A DNA stretch of 61,131 bases, filler included, from Sphacelaria rigidula (Eukaryota): assembly GCA_964200075.2 (NCBI GenBank). It is 4 parts of 4 records of this genome, joined end to end, with 100 filler letters (N's around TTAATTAATTAA, not from the genome) between each part and the next. Parts side by side here need not be neighbours in the genome. Positions count along the whole stretch, not along the records: positions 45,926 to 61,131 come from CAXNAA020001863.1; 3 more parts are not named here. One strand, 5' to 3'. Positions within the stretch are counted from its first letter, which is position 1, and each line of letters opens with the position of its first letter. The notes under the pieces are model-generated. The model did no database searches, had not been told where the DNA came from, and saw only the letters and a list, made by a program, of their open reading frames with translations. The position numbers and the translations under genes were made by a program. Of the stretch, positions 47,218 to 60,650 are shown piece by piece.

Positions 47218-50200
47218 TCACATCCGGCACCAACCTACGCTTCTTGTCTTTACCGCTTGTAGGGCCGCTTTCACCGTCTTCCCCGGTCTTGTAGTCTGCC
47301 GTGATTTTCCCTCTTCCGCACTCCCCGATGCTGTAGTCGGAAGCGTGCTCTCAAATTGCGGATGTGGCAGGCGACCACCAGGGCACCTCGACTTGAGCTG
47401 CTCGCCGGTCACCTTCCCTACAAGAAATGGGGCTTCGTCGCCGAGGAAGAACACGAAGTCTCCCTTGGTGAAGGAGGGGACGTGCAAGATGTCGTCAGCG
47501 CTGCCGTCCCCATCGGTGTGCCCCCAAACCCAATCCCAAACCCGAACCCAATCCCAATCCCAAACCCAAACCCAAACCCAAACCCAAACCCAAACCCAAA
47601 CCCAAACCCAAACCCAAACCCAAACCCAAACACCCCCAAACAACAAAAACCAAAACCACAATCAAAACCCAAAACCAAAAAACCAAAAACCAAAACCAAA
47701 AACCGAAATTATCAACACCAACTTTCCCCGCCTTCTCACTGAGAGACGACTTCAACCCCCCCCCCCCCCGAACTTCCCATCTACACGAGCACCCCCGTGA
47801 GCCCCTGCCACCGCCTCTCGTGTTCCTCCAGACGGATGTACGTTTTCGCGCGTAAGCCAGTGACACGGGAGGCTCCAAGGTACATAACCTTTCGCTGCGA
47901 GACGTCAGTGTGACGTCGCTATCTCGCTCTTTATGGCCTCCTGTTTTTCGAAATATGCGTGACATGTCTTGCAGATGGGAGGGGGGTGGGGGCACGTGGG
48001 GTCTTGAGGATCGGGTGAATTCCATCTGGGGACGAGAATGGAGGACAGGGGTTAGCGGGAGGAGAACTCCAGGGCCACGGTCAGCATCGTGTGCGGGAAA
48101 TGCAATGAATAGCGATCATAATATTGCGTGATTGCGTGGGGTAAGTGCGATCGACACGCACCAAGAGGGTAGAGGGTGGCCAGTCGACAGTGCACGGCGT
48201 TGTAGCGAGCCTTGATGTTCTGTCGCACCGCGGCGTTCACCTCCTCAAGCTCGAATGGAGGTGCGCACTCGACATCTGGAACACCCATGCGGAAGAGCGG
48301 GTGAGGGGCTCCCTCGTAGATCCCCGCGGGCGTTTTCCCTCTGAAAACCGCGTCATGCATGTTCTTCTTCATGCCCACAGTGACCTGCTCAGTCCCTGCT
48401 GGGCGGATTTCGAATGAACGAGGCTGAGTCACCCCACGGAGGGGCCCCACGCGGCCACCTACACTCACGGCGGCTTTGAAGTTCCCCAGGGAGCGAAGAG
48501 TTGTGGTGAACACTGGCAGGGTCACGTATGCCCTCCGGAATGTTCCTAGTTGCTGTCGTCTCGTGAACAGACAAACCCTCTTGCAGTGTACCGAGATCCT
48601 GTGAAAACAATCAAGAATGCGTCATTGCCGGCTTGCGTCAAGTACATTGTTTTTCTCGCGTGTCGCATGTATACTTTGTGTCGAGCCCTGTCCCACAAAT
48701 GGTGGGGAAGCACCGCACGATTCTGAAGCGGACACTAACAAGGACAGGAATAGTCGTACAAGGGGAACCAACCTGGTCAGCAGATGGAAAAAAGATTGCG
48801 AATTTCGATTAAATATTGGCTGACCTACGTCGTGGTATTACGCCTAAATTGTTGCGATGGCGACGGCGGAATGGTTCCACCTCTTCATCCCGATGCACAA
48901 GTCGTGAGATCTCTTCCCCCGCATCGTGTCTGGGGATAGCTTACAACGGTTTTGACAACCGAGCGGAGAAAAACAGTTGTGTCGCGGACAAGAAATAATT
49001 CATCGTTTACGGGTCCTCTACATTCGTTCGTGTGATCATGTCTATCGTCGTTCATCACGTTAGTGACGTTGCGTTACCTTTATGTACATCAATCGTCATT
49101 CTTTTTCACTCTTCCATGTAGCGTGCAACATCGTCCCGACGCACCTTGAGAATACTTCGTCGATCATGATATGTGTATGGCCGACCATCGTGAAATTTAT
49201 CTCGACCCGACCGATCGTCCCGCGGGCCACCAGATATCCGAGGTACGCCAGAACGACGTGATTTTTGTTTTCCCCTACGCAGTGGTCGAGCTGCAGGAAC
49301 AGTTGGTCGATGTGAGCTCGTGTATCGCCGTCGCAGTGCAAGTCGAACAATCTGGTGAGTGCAAGGTGGATTGAAGTGCAAACAAGGTTGCTCCCTGTAC
49401 AGAGGCGAGTATCGACGGCGTCGGGGTCGTTAATGTTCAAGTATTCGCTGGAACCGCCGGCCAGGAGAGGTCGTGAATCATACGCCACGTTCACATAGCG
49501 GATGAAATATGACTTGCATCGGTGCGTGTATGCATGTGGATCGCGTGGGGAAGAGCACAACTCACCCCCTCCAACTGTCAGAGGGGACAGGGAGAACTCC
49601 ACGAATTGCCCGTCCACCAGGACCGCCATGATCGTTTGACGTTCCGCGTATCCCCTGCCAGTCGTGACGAACGGTGATACCGACGGCAAGAACGCGCACG
49701 AACCACTGTCGGCATCAACAGCGAAATGCAAAGCATTACTCGTTGAACTGAATATTCGCGTGATCGTTGTTGCGTCCAACTTCCGAACAGAAAAGGTTCG
49801 AGAATGAAAAGAAACTTTAGGAGGATATCAGTACGATCACAGCTCAGAAAGCGCCGAACATTCAGCGAACGGATCGAATTTATTGAATTTCGTTCATTGC
49901 CTGAACCTCTTGGACAATATATTGTGGCGATGTCTTCGTTCCTGTCGTCCATCAGTAGAAATGCTGAATCGTTGACCAGCACGATGATGAAGGGTCGCCG
50001 ACAAATCAGGAGAAATTTACGACGTTCGTGCTCGAGGCGAGGGTCGAACGCGTCTCCTGACTCACACCCAGGAAGGGAGACCCTGTGAACAACACCGGCC
50101 AGCACCTGGGGGGTCATCTCAAGAGATTGTAGCAACTCTCGCGTCGATCACCACCCCGAAATGCTGGAGCACGAGCCAGGGTAGCAATTCTGTTCGAGGG

Positions 50201-50630
50201 ATGACGTGGACCATCTCACCTGCAGGGTGTAGTATACCAATCCCTGTAGATAAGGCGAATGGTCAGGCCTGTCTGTGAACGATAACGAATCAGAGTACAA
50301 GCGTTGGTCGTCTATCCACTCAACGGTTGCTATGACCTCAGGACGTGATTTTTGTGCACCTCCTTTCATCGTGTAGCTTATGCGATAGACACGCCCCGGT
50401 TGTAAATAAATGTGGGCGAGAGTGCGACCTACCCTTTGAGTGGCTCACGGAATCCAATGAGCTACGAGTGAGCGCACGGGGGAGGGGGGGGGGGGGGGAA
50501 AACAAAGGCGTCGTCGGGGCCGGCGGTACAAATAGTTCCCCACCCGGCCTTCCCCCGTGGTTCCGGNNNNNNNNNNAGAGGGGGGGGGCGGGGGGTGGGC
50601 CCGCCCGTGGGGGGGGGGGGGGGAGGCGAA

Positions 50631-50669
<39 letters not shown>

Positions 50670-51819
50670 AAGACAAGTGCGTCTGCTGTGCTGCAGTAGC
50701 AATTGCTCGCCAACCTGTCTGTCCCGTGTGTCAACGGCGAGCACATTGGTAACGCGAACGCCGTCTGGGCCGCTGCGTCCGTTTGCATGGAGGTGAACTT
50801 GAGTGGGTCCATGTTCGATCGCCTCTGCTCGAATGGCCCCGGAGCTGATAGAAGCAAGTCCCTCTCGGTCTACCGTCAACGCCTGAGAGGATGACGACAC
50901 GTTGGCGTGGTGTCTTTGTGAGAGAACCACTTTGAAGTGCAAATAGCTGGGCGGGGCTGTTTTGGTTCGTTTCTCAGTGATGATGATTCAAAATGTTTGT
51001 GTGCTGATGCCCGGTCATAACTTTGGACCACTGTAGCTGTGCCCGGGGCACGACGACACGCGGGTCAGTGCCCTTCCAGCGATTGATCCCATGCCGCAAA
51101 CGGAAACGGGGCAGAATGGCGCAGGCGTTAAATATTCGACGCGCCTGTCGCATGAGAACTTGATACCGGAGCACTCGCCATATTCCGTGAACAAACCGAG
51201 GGCGAAAATCCTGCATGTGGAAAAGAAAAAGTAAAACAGATAGCGACGAAATACAATCGTTGATTAATCGAGCGCGGCGCAACAGAAGCAAGGCCCGGGA
51301 ATAATACTCTGAGAATTAGAGCTTGTGATCAGGAACCCCGTCGGTCCTTCCTGCGGAGCAGGTGAATACTAGATGGTGATACGACAGCGGGCCTAACTCG
51401 ACGGACGATATGGATGGGTTTCACCAATCATATCATGGCAGCAACCTTGCTCCGGAAATATGGTTAGTCAACAAAGAGAGCCAATGATGTTCTTGCCTTC
51501 ATATGCGCGACTTGCGCTGCCTTGGCACTCTCGATCGTCTGGGGGTCTGCCGTTACTCTCACACCTGCGGTACCAATTAGGGTGTCATGGTACTGTGTGC
51601 AGCTGTGGCATTTCATGAATGAGCATCTGGAGCGCGTCTTGTAGTTTGGTTGGTGTTCGCTCAGCTTCTGGTAAACGTAGCTTTGGCTGACCACCGTCTC
51701 TCCGACACGAATCGCCTCCGCTACGAAGGTGTCGTGTAGTTCCTGCGATATGTCGTGGATAGCGTCGGGCGGGATATGTTGAGGTGGTGGTGCGAGAATG
51801 CAAACGATATCGTTCGCTT
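47218..51819 (-). pseudogene. Intron-containing Sola-like (DUF7869-type) DDD transposase, decayed
   Basis: Exons 51819-51497 (FMKCHSCTQYHD...AHMK, GC donor), 50882-50715 (FTSMQTDAAAQTAFALP, one frameshift), 49654-49566 (IMAVLVDGQF), 49394-49145 (GSNLVCT...LFLQLDHCVGENKNHVVLAYLGYLV...FTMVGHTHIMIDEVFSR), 48598-48162, then a decayed tail (KGDFVFFLGDEAPFLVGKV). Splice phases are compatible. Confidence 0.85.
47523..47705. repeat. (CCCAAA)n microsatellite grading into (ACCAAA)n
   Basis: Direct reading. Confidence 0.9.
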
Positions 51820-51944
51820 CTGCGTAGGTGTGGCCTTGACAGTGGACAGGAGACTACCCACAGAAAACGATACAAGTTTTCCTGTCACTGTCCAAAACTA
51901 TATGTATCTCGATGTCGGGTTATCATTCATTTGGGAGCACGAGT

Positions 51945-54193
51945 AAACCGCTTATGCCGCCATTGTCACGAGAACATGAGAGTAATGCAGTTGAAAACAA
52001 TTTAACATTGCCTTGGCCTTAGTCAGCAGCATACACCAGACCGTGCGGTGAGCTTTTGACGAGTTGAACATGGCACACACGTGGGCAAACGTCCCCACTG
52101 TGGGTCAACTGTGTTGAACCAACAAAGGGGGGCGCCGAAATCCCTGTGACCATGCAACCCGTAGGATGCTCCTATGAAATACAAGCGCAGGGATATCCTT
52201 GTGACAGGGTTGACAGGGAGGATCATGCGAGTACGCACCTCATGTATCTTTCGACGGCTTAGTACTTTATTTTCAGTACAAGTCAAGCGTTACTTTGCTT
52301 ATGGATTTCTCCGCCGTGTTAGAACGAACCAGCCTGAAAATTGGCACAGCGGTAGACCACAACACAGACAGCATATTCCCGGATCGGCGGCACGTTTGAC
52401 GTGGTGTACCCGACGCACGGAGTGAATACGGATTCTGGGCAATGCCATCGATACGCCCTCAAAACGGAGTCCCCTCGGCCCAGACATTGTGAGACGTCAG
52501 TGAATGCATATATGGACACGCAGATGCGCTCACTTCCACAACATCATGACCTGCTGGGTGGCTCCTGCCCTGGCAAACGAGCATCGATCCGTACTGGGTA
52601 CACTCTGGATGATGTCATTCTGCGCGATACCTATCTTGGTATCGCCTGTAGAGGTACTCACTTCAGGAGGCACGGTCGTGCAAGCGCTGTCAGTGCTTTT
52701 CAGTGTTGCGCCAAGAGAAAGGAGAAGTCAATTGTACGCCGATTTTGGCATACAAGAACCATTATATAAATTACCAGCTTGGATCATCCGCAAAGTAGGT
52801 GTAGTTAACATGAGCGAGGTGCCCCAGAACGACGACCTACGGCCCAATACATGGCATATCTGAAAAGCTATTTTCAAGGCAGGATCGTCGGCACAAGTTG
52901 CAGGTCGCGAACGTGATCATATCCCGCATTCGGTGGTGTGTATGGTGTTGCTCGGTGCGAGTGCCTTGCGGGCTCCATTGTACGACGATAGGTGGCGACC
53001 ACGCTTATATATATGGAGTGTACAATCCGCTTGGAAAAGAAGCATCACGTTTACCCCATGCGTGTCTGGCCGCGCAGCTGATGGGTTTTGAAATTTGAAA
53101 ACTCCGTCATGAACACTATATAAAGTGAAGCATAATACGCCATGCAGTGTACGGTCTTCAGACAGTATACCCGTACCGTAATACTACATAACCGCATATA
53201 TATATATATATATGATGTGATATCCGGCGTAATCAGGGCGTAACCGCATCTCATGTTTATTTGAGTGCATTCCTCAGGCAAACCACCATTATGCAGCGCA
53301 ACGTGAGTTGTGCATTTGTCGCCTGTGACTGCGTGTTCCATCATGGAACTTTGCACACTACTAGCTGGTCACAACATAGGCAGCATATATGCCCGGAGCA
53401 TCCACGCGATTCGGCCTGGGAACACCTACAACATGGTCCGAGCCCATTGTGGGGAATGCCGTCCATGCGCTCTCAAATCAACCATACAGCTGCCAGACTT
53501 CGCGCACTACAGGTGAAAGCATATGTACACGCGCAGATGCACAAACTTGGACATTTAGCGCGGCTGGGCGGCCAATGTAGTAGAAAACTGACACCAGTCA
53601 GTACTGCAATTCTCTCTGGATCATGACCATCTGTAGTGTACCAATCGGCACACAGTCTGCAAAGCAGCGAATTTCATGACGCACGACCCTACGTGCGCTG
53701 TAGCCGCTGCAAGGCGCTTGAACTTTGCCCATATGCTGTACGAACCACAGTCGATAGTTCCACGTCGCTATATCTGGTATTGTGTGCTGCAGGAGTGCGC
53801 ACTGGGGGGAAAAGGGGTCAGATTCTGTTCCGTTTTTTTTTCTTTTTTTGGCGCAACACTGTTTTACGCGCTCTGTGTATTATGTACATGTATCATTTCC
53901 CATGCACACCACCTCTGCCGAGTTTTCTCTGGCGGCAAGGCATTTTTCCCCACACGTCCTGTTGCAGCGCACCGAAAAGGCTCAGTGGTTCATCACTGTT
54001 CAGCTTTGGCCGCCATCTGATACCTGTGGCGCGTGTTCTGGCCACCGGAAGTCGCTCAAACTGGCCCTTTTTCGCAGGGTGGCGATCCCAAACCACAAAA
54101 GCCTCTTCAAGATCGTGGAAACTTGACAAATAGATATTTTCGACATGCGTCACCCCCGGGAGGCTCGTACCAACCTCCCGAAGGGGAACCTTG
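51945..54193 (+). mobile_element. Cluster of the same Helitron-like family
   Basis: 54135-54193 matches rc of 18300-18360; 53885-54120 matches rc of 19385-19620; 51945-52070 matches rc of 19160-19265. Internal diverged duplication at ~52358-52600 / 53368-53620. Confidence 0.6.
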
Positions 54194-54335
54194 TGTGTAT
54201 ATATTTTATTTCTGATCACGACCTCGAGTGTTGCTATCAGCTACTGTGTAATGCGAGGTCATCATAATATTTTTGTGTTGTTTGGGTTTGGCTTTCGATT
54301 TGTGTTTGAGTTTGTCGTTATTTTTTTGTTATCGC

Positions 54336-54391
<56 letters not shown>

Positions 54392-54539
54392 GTTCTCACC
54401 CTTGCTGTTTGTCGTTGTTGATGGTGCTGTTGTTTTCGTTGTTATCGCTGCTCCCTTTCTTTCTTTTCTGAGGCCGTTGCTTCTGTCTTCTTATGTTCAA
54501 ATCTTCCTTTTTTCTTTCATTATGTTTTTTTTTCCTGCT

Positions 54540-54628
54540 CCTGCCTACGGGGTGGATTGGTGCAATCAGCGAACGTGGGATAATCGATAAATCAATCAAT
54601 CGATCAATCAATCGATCAATCAATCAAT
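54540..54628 (+). repeat. LINE/SINE 3' end with (ATC[A/G])n tail
   Basis: Pyrimidine-rich tract followed by GATAATCGATAAATCAATCAATCGATCAATCAATC. Confidence 0.6.
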
Positions 54629-55459
54629 AGCTCTCCGGGACTGCAGGCGAAAATGTCATAATACGCCCACTTCCAACGAGTACAAAACTGCTGTGTGTGG
54701 CACGGTGCTACAACTGTAGCCAGAGCAGACACGCAATACACATGGTCTACATTACACACGTCATTAGGCGTAAATACTCTCCCCCCTGCTACTGACTGCA
54801 GGGTTTTTCCAGCCTGCTTCTGAACTTCCTCGCTGGTTGATACACCCGCCCATCCAGGCCGTACCCACTCCCCCCTCTGCCGCTTGTCACGAGATTATAA
54901 TAGTATGCCCTCCCTGTAGAACCTACGATACACCGGCGCGCTTCCTTCCGTGCTGTATGCAGTTAACGCTAACTTCATACCACGGAAGCTGTGATCTAAG
55001 AGGCGCGCACGGTGGTCGCACACCTTTTTCTTGCGCTCCCGAGTCTTGCGAACGATCACGCCGCACCAAACCACCCATGTTATATCTCCACAGCACTCCA
55101 CGTTCCACTATGAACCTCTTTAGAGGGGGACGGAATACAATACGGAACACGTTTGTACGATTTTGCACAGATTGTCATTATTCATGGGATATCTCATAAC
55201 GGATCAATGAATGTTGTTAACCAGTTCAAGATAGGAGGCAGCTTACGTGGGGGTCTGATGCAGGCGTGGTGGTTGTGAAGGCAGTATTTTTGTAAGGTGC
55301 AGTTCGTTATTGCAGATTCTTGCCCGCCGACTCCCTTGCGCTTTCCGATTTCTAATTATTATATACCCTTTGGATTTCAGCACAAATGCTTGACCGTTAA
55401 ATCTCGTAATTTTGACAAAAAACGAGCCTGATACTATAAAATACAACATTTTTTAATTT

Positions 55460-56242
55460 GTCGCGCCCTGTTTTTCATTCCACCTGGGCAACCTTCAACG
55501 ACGTGGGAGAGACATTGTCGGCGCGCAACACGTATGACAAGCTCTACATGTTCATGGGGATCATCGAGGCTATCCAAGAGGGGGCGAAGAAGCAAGATGT
55601 CGGAGCAGACGCGATCGCGCAGGAGTTCTCGAACGTAAGCACGAATCACCATTTATGTGGTTGACTCCGCTTCTGTTCGTAGGGTGTATCCGCACATGTT
55701 TTCCTACCCGATAAAATGCCTGGATTTGATTCGAGCGAAATTCGATCGTTAACGTCGAGGAGGGTCCGATCAACTGTCAACTTGCCATCGACAAATCGAT
55801 GATATAATTCGTCAACGAGCACTTCCTCGCGACATAAAAGTTATTGTTCTATCGGTCCAATGACCGACCGCCGTCGTCATATAGTGTTGGATTCACACAC
55901 ACACACGGTCATTTCGATACCCTCCAAAACAAACAGCCACACGACACGCAAGTCTTGTCTCTCACGTCGTTTATTACAGCTCGTTTTGTCCCCTGGTACG
56001 TGGCAAAATACGAGGAAAAAACACAAAAGGGCTTCGTCGCGGTTCGTATTTTCACCAGATGGGCCCTCCTGAAAAACACAAACAATCCACTTGTATCTTC
56101 CTGCCGTATGTTATAATTCGAGGCGCGGCGAGACGAGCAATTCCCGCCACCGCTGAAGATGGCTCCACCTTCTTCATCTGCGGGGCTATCCTGACAACAA
56201 AATGTGTCAAAGTACTGCGAATATATATACGTGTCCGTTTCC

Positions 56243-56286
<44 letters not shown>

Positions 56287-59200
56287 ACCACCCCCCAGCC
56301 AACCAAGCNNNNNNNNNNTGCCTTGATTTTCGGACACAGTGCAGCTATAAATTGTGTGCAATCATCAAACACACTTGTTGCATTCCGTCTCGCCCCCCCC
56401 CCCCCCCCCCCCGCCCCCCCCAAAAAAAAATGGATGAATCAGACAAAACGGTGCGGCGCCTACTGTGTCGGCTGGGCTACACGGAGTGCCTCGCATGACC
56501 GGCGTGGGGAAAAATATGAACAAGGGTGGAAACTCCTAGCTGTTCGTTGTCCTCGGCTGTTGGCATTTCAATGTATGTGTGGATTCAGCCTCCGCAATCC
56601 AGCCACAATTTTTCGTTATTGGGGGTAAGACTATCTTTAATGGCGACGAATCTCGATTCTTTTAGAGTATGTCTTCTTGGATTGGTTTACGCACTGCTTT
56701 CTGCTAGCGCACGGTACAGTACAGTATTTGCAGTTCCTTTCGGCAGAGAAGAGTAGGGGGTACCTTGGATGCCCCCTACTCGTATGCCTCTGTGTAAAAT
56801 AAGAAGTTCAACGTTAAGAATTTCGGGGTTTTCACATCTTCGACCAATTAGAATTTGGGTTTAAGCATTTATATACTGAAATCGGAGAGAAAATAAGATG
56901 CCGAGCCTCGCTTTGTACAGTGTATCTTTTGCCGACCTCGTGATCGATGATACGTAATCCCAGCATCCCCATCTACGCCTCTTTTGCTGCCCGAGACTAC
57001 CAGCTGGGCATACAACCCACCTCGCTGTCGTCACTGCGGTTCTGGAAGAAGGTATGCCTGGCGACGTCACCAGAAGCCCTGAAGACCATCGCCTGGGCGT
57101 TGCGGTGCGAGGACCCCGCCGTCGACCCCGGGTTCATCTCTCTGTCCTATCTCAAGAGCAAGCCTTTTCGAGACATGGAAAACAAGCCCGTGGCCCAGGC
57201 CCTCGCGATCAACATGCTAGTCAAGTACACACAGTCGATATCGACCTCGGTCCGAGGTACCCATGATCTTTATCGTACCGTACGCCTGAGTGAAGCATAC
57301 GATGTAGCAAAAAAAGAAGCGTGGTCGTATTTCTCGGTGTCATTTCATATGAAGTCTGGTGTTTAGATAACCGCACAAGTCGACGCCGCTTGTTGTCCAC
57401 AGGTCCCAGAAATCGAATAGGACGGCACCACAAACGAAGGATTGGGGAGGGATTCCCGCGAACGCGCACACAGCCGCAGCCCTGGTGGAGCGAGTCGAGA
57501 GTCACGTCCCTCGTCAAGCGTGGACCAGAATTTTCGACAGGTAAGCGCGAAGAACTTGTAGCATGTTACTCGATAGGGGTGAAGCGCGACGATTGTTGCG
57601 GCCACTTCGCCGGTAGGGACCGTCGTGTGTGTGGCAAGTAAATGTGATCGGCCGCCAGTATGTCTGCTTTCAGTCCTTGTCCTTGTTTGATTTGCTTGGG
57701 TCCAATCGATGCGAGCAGTGAAGTTGACGAAATCGTACGCGGAAAATATGGTGCGGAATATTTCCAGCTGTATGTCGCGGACTACATCAACTCAGTGGAC
57801 AAAACCATGGACGAAACTAGGGCACGTCTGCCCGAACAAGGAAGGACCGGAGCAGCCACGGAGGAATTCGAGGATGTCTGTCGGGGCAAGCTCCCACGGC
57901 GGCTAGACCTGATCAGTCACTTGAACCCAGAGTTCCGGGTTCCCCCTACAACGACTTGAACATCACGCTATGTCTCGGTTGCGAAACCGCCTGAAAGACA
58001 TAGGTGAAGAGTTGCTTCGGCAAATTGCCGTGGCGAGTCATCCTACAATAAGGGGGGGGGGGGGGGGTTCGGGGCGATATATGATTGCACAAAAAAATAT
58101 GCTCATATGCTTGTCAGACGACCTACCGCTGTCGCGGTGCGCTTGTAATCGGTTGAAAACGGTGTCAAGCAGTATGAATGAGCGTTGTATATCTATGACG
58201 AGTTCGTCCGAACAACCGCTGCCGCTTCCAGCGACGATTTGAGTTGAAATTTCGTGCAAGAGGTTGCCTGAAGTCCCCCCCCCACCTATCGTAGGATGAC
58301 TCCGACGCGAACAGTTTAGCTCCACTCTACCGACTCGCCAGCATGCCGGTCTTCTAGTTTCAAACACAAATATAGGGCACCCCAGATCGCCGTCGAACGC
58401 GAACGTGGGCATCGCAAGAGCAACGCACGCTGTTGATACATGGCGACCGTCTGCGGTGTAGTGGGCACGCGATGGGCTCTCAGATCATTCAGTAACGTCA
58501 TGAGCCGCCAATTGGTCAACATGCACGCGATTTTATGGTTCGGATGGCCTTTTGATCATCGCGCGGTTTCGCAGATATCGCACAGAGGGACACTAAGGCG
58601 GTATAACGATGAATGGAGGGAGAGATGGGACGACATGAATAGTGTCATTGCACGCATGAAGTTCGCGAATGTGGGCGACAGCGGAGACGGCAACAAAGAC
58701 GGGAAATAATCCGAAGAGGATACGGAAGAGCCCCAACGTCTGGCGGCGGACAGCCACAAGGATGAATTGTGCCCCTCGTGCAATCCATCACGCGATGTCA
58801 GGTGAAGACGAAGGGCATGAACCGGAATGCCAACCAGTCGTGGCGATTTGGTGCCTGACGGTCGATATCGCAGAGGGCCAAGCGGCCGACCCCAACGGCG
58901 GTGCGTTCGGATCGGGCCCCTTGCACATTCCGAACGGTTAGCCTGCTCCTCCGCTAACCGCTTGACCTTGTCCTGTGATTCTTGACTGGCAGATACCAAT
59001 GAACACACTCAGACCTTCTGCGAGATGCTTGTACCCATCTCTGAGGACGCTTCGCTGGCCGAGAGGAAGCGGCGTCTTTGCCTGGTCTGCGAGGACGAGC
59101 CGGGGCGCCAGAAGAGGAAGGGGGGCGAAGCCGACGGCGTCGAGGGCAGCGACAAACCAAATGAGAAGGGAAAGAGGTCGTCGGAAGAAGGGCTTCCTCT

Positions 59201-60650
59201 TCCCCCCCTGTGTCCGACCGTGGACGACAGGAGGGGCGAATACAACGAACAAAAATAACGGTTATGTCATCGATTGATCGCTCTTGTGGTGATGAGCCGA
59301 GCCGGACTTTTGGAGTCAATATCTTGCTTCGCATGTCATTTTTGGGGCATGCTATTGTAGTGCTGAGTCGTCCTGCGATTGGGGGGGGGGTCTGATTGCA
59401 CGAAAAAAAAGGCTCATAAGTGTGCCGCACGACTTGCCACACTCGCGGTTCGCTGGTATTTGGTTCAAAACGGCGCCAACCGATATAAATCATCGTCATT
59501 TTTATATAACAAGCTTGTCCGAGGAAGCGCGAACAAGCTTGTCCGAGGAAGCGTTGCTGCTTTCGACGACGATAGTCAAAGACAAAGTGGAGTACGGTCA
59601 TCCCCTCGCCAGACTACCTGCGGCAGTCGCAGGTTTTTTATCCGTTGCGCACCTCGATGGAATACCCATGACACCCCAGAGGACGTGCGGTCGTCCTCCG
59701 CTCACCGAAGTGAAGCACACGATGATACCGAATTATTGCGCTGTTTGACTGCACAGAGCTCATCATACCAGCGTACACGAGGAGAGCCTACTGCGCCGCA
59801 ACTGCGCTCTTATCGACGAACGAGAACCACTCCCTGTGAAGAGACAGCCGAAGCTAATCATGGTCTCCATCGACGGCGAAAAAACAATATTGAGCTTGAC
59901 AAACAATGATATCAAGCGATATTTCAAGCGGTTTGTGGAAAAGGTGCTACAAGCCTTGCATCCGATGGGCACCATCGCGTTTGCGGTTCCCCGGCCGTGG
60001 GATCAACACGGACATCGAATCCGAGGTACTACGGCCTGCACATCACGTGTCCACCAATACCCAACGTAGTGGCGGGTCAAAGATCGAAAGCCGTGCTTAT
60101 GAAAATGCTTTGTAGTAAACAGTATCTATGACACGCTCACGGGATGGCGCGAGCTTTGTTTATTCCGTCCCTGTCGACCGCGCTTACCTTCTCTCAACTT
60201 GCAATAATACCTTGTCCCACGGCGATATTCACACCCCACCCCTAACCCCTCACCCTCCGCCGCCGCTGCGATCCACTACCACGGGTATCCTATCGTAGGC
60301 GCGATCGCTGCCGACCCCTCCATGGTCGTCGAGACCGAATTCGTGCTAGTAGAGTGCTCCAGCCGCCACGGAGGTTCCCGAAAAGGATACGAGAATCACC
60401 ACTTCTACCCTCACGTGGAGGCAATCATGGTGGTACACAAGCAATCCACCGAAGATGCCAAGACATTCACGGTAAACCCGAGGGTTACTTTCGCCGATCC
60501 ATACGGCACCAAGAGCACCGGAAAAGTATCAGATTGCTGGCAGAAGATAGGCGGAGGGCCAAAAGACAAGCTGATGTACAAACAAGGAGGGCCTATCGGC
60601 GGGCCGATCAGTTCTTCCCCGCCCGGGATACTGACGACCTTCGTCAAAAG
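55460..60650 (+). pseudogene. Decayed multi-exon gene; 3' exons resemble a beta-class N6A/N4C DNA methyltransferase fold, 5' exon possibly ParB-HTH-like
   Basis: Exon-like blocks: ~55460-55633, 55981-56105, 56963-57257, 57402-57540, 57719-58032 (frameshift in C5), 58295-~58460 (two TAG), 58574-58800, 58992-59260, ~59515-59710, 59848-60025 and 60299-60650. The last two splice in frame. Confidence 0.6.
58035..58302. mobile_element. TIR element coinciding with a GC-AG intron (introner-like); related 5' parts at 59365-59445 and 61039-61131
   Basis: GAGTCATCCTACAATAAGGGG ... CCCCACCTATCGTAGGATGACTC. Shared body TCCT.C.AT-G(n)-TTGCAC.AAAAA...GCTCATA.G..TG.C in three places. Confidence 0.72.

Noticed and set aside
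47345-47800. ORFs with (QT)n, (PN)n, (GL)n, (WV)n repeats; possible telomere
   Set aside because: Translations of a (CCCAAA)n microsatellite, which is internal and not the CCCTAA unit.
49096-49779. 227-aa ORF as a single-exon protein
   Set aside because: It reads through a 171-bp in-frame intron (49395-49565) and intronic flanks; only 49654-49566 and 49394-49145 are transposase exons.
49780-50400. Minus-strand ORFs inside the transposase intron
   Set aside because: No recognisable motif, and transposase exons splice in phase without them.
50480-50670. Poly-Pro/poly-Gly ORFs (also 56240-56420)
   Set aside because: G/C homopolymers next to N gaps, typical of low-quality sequence.
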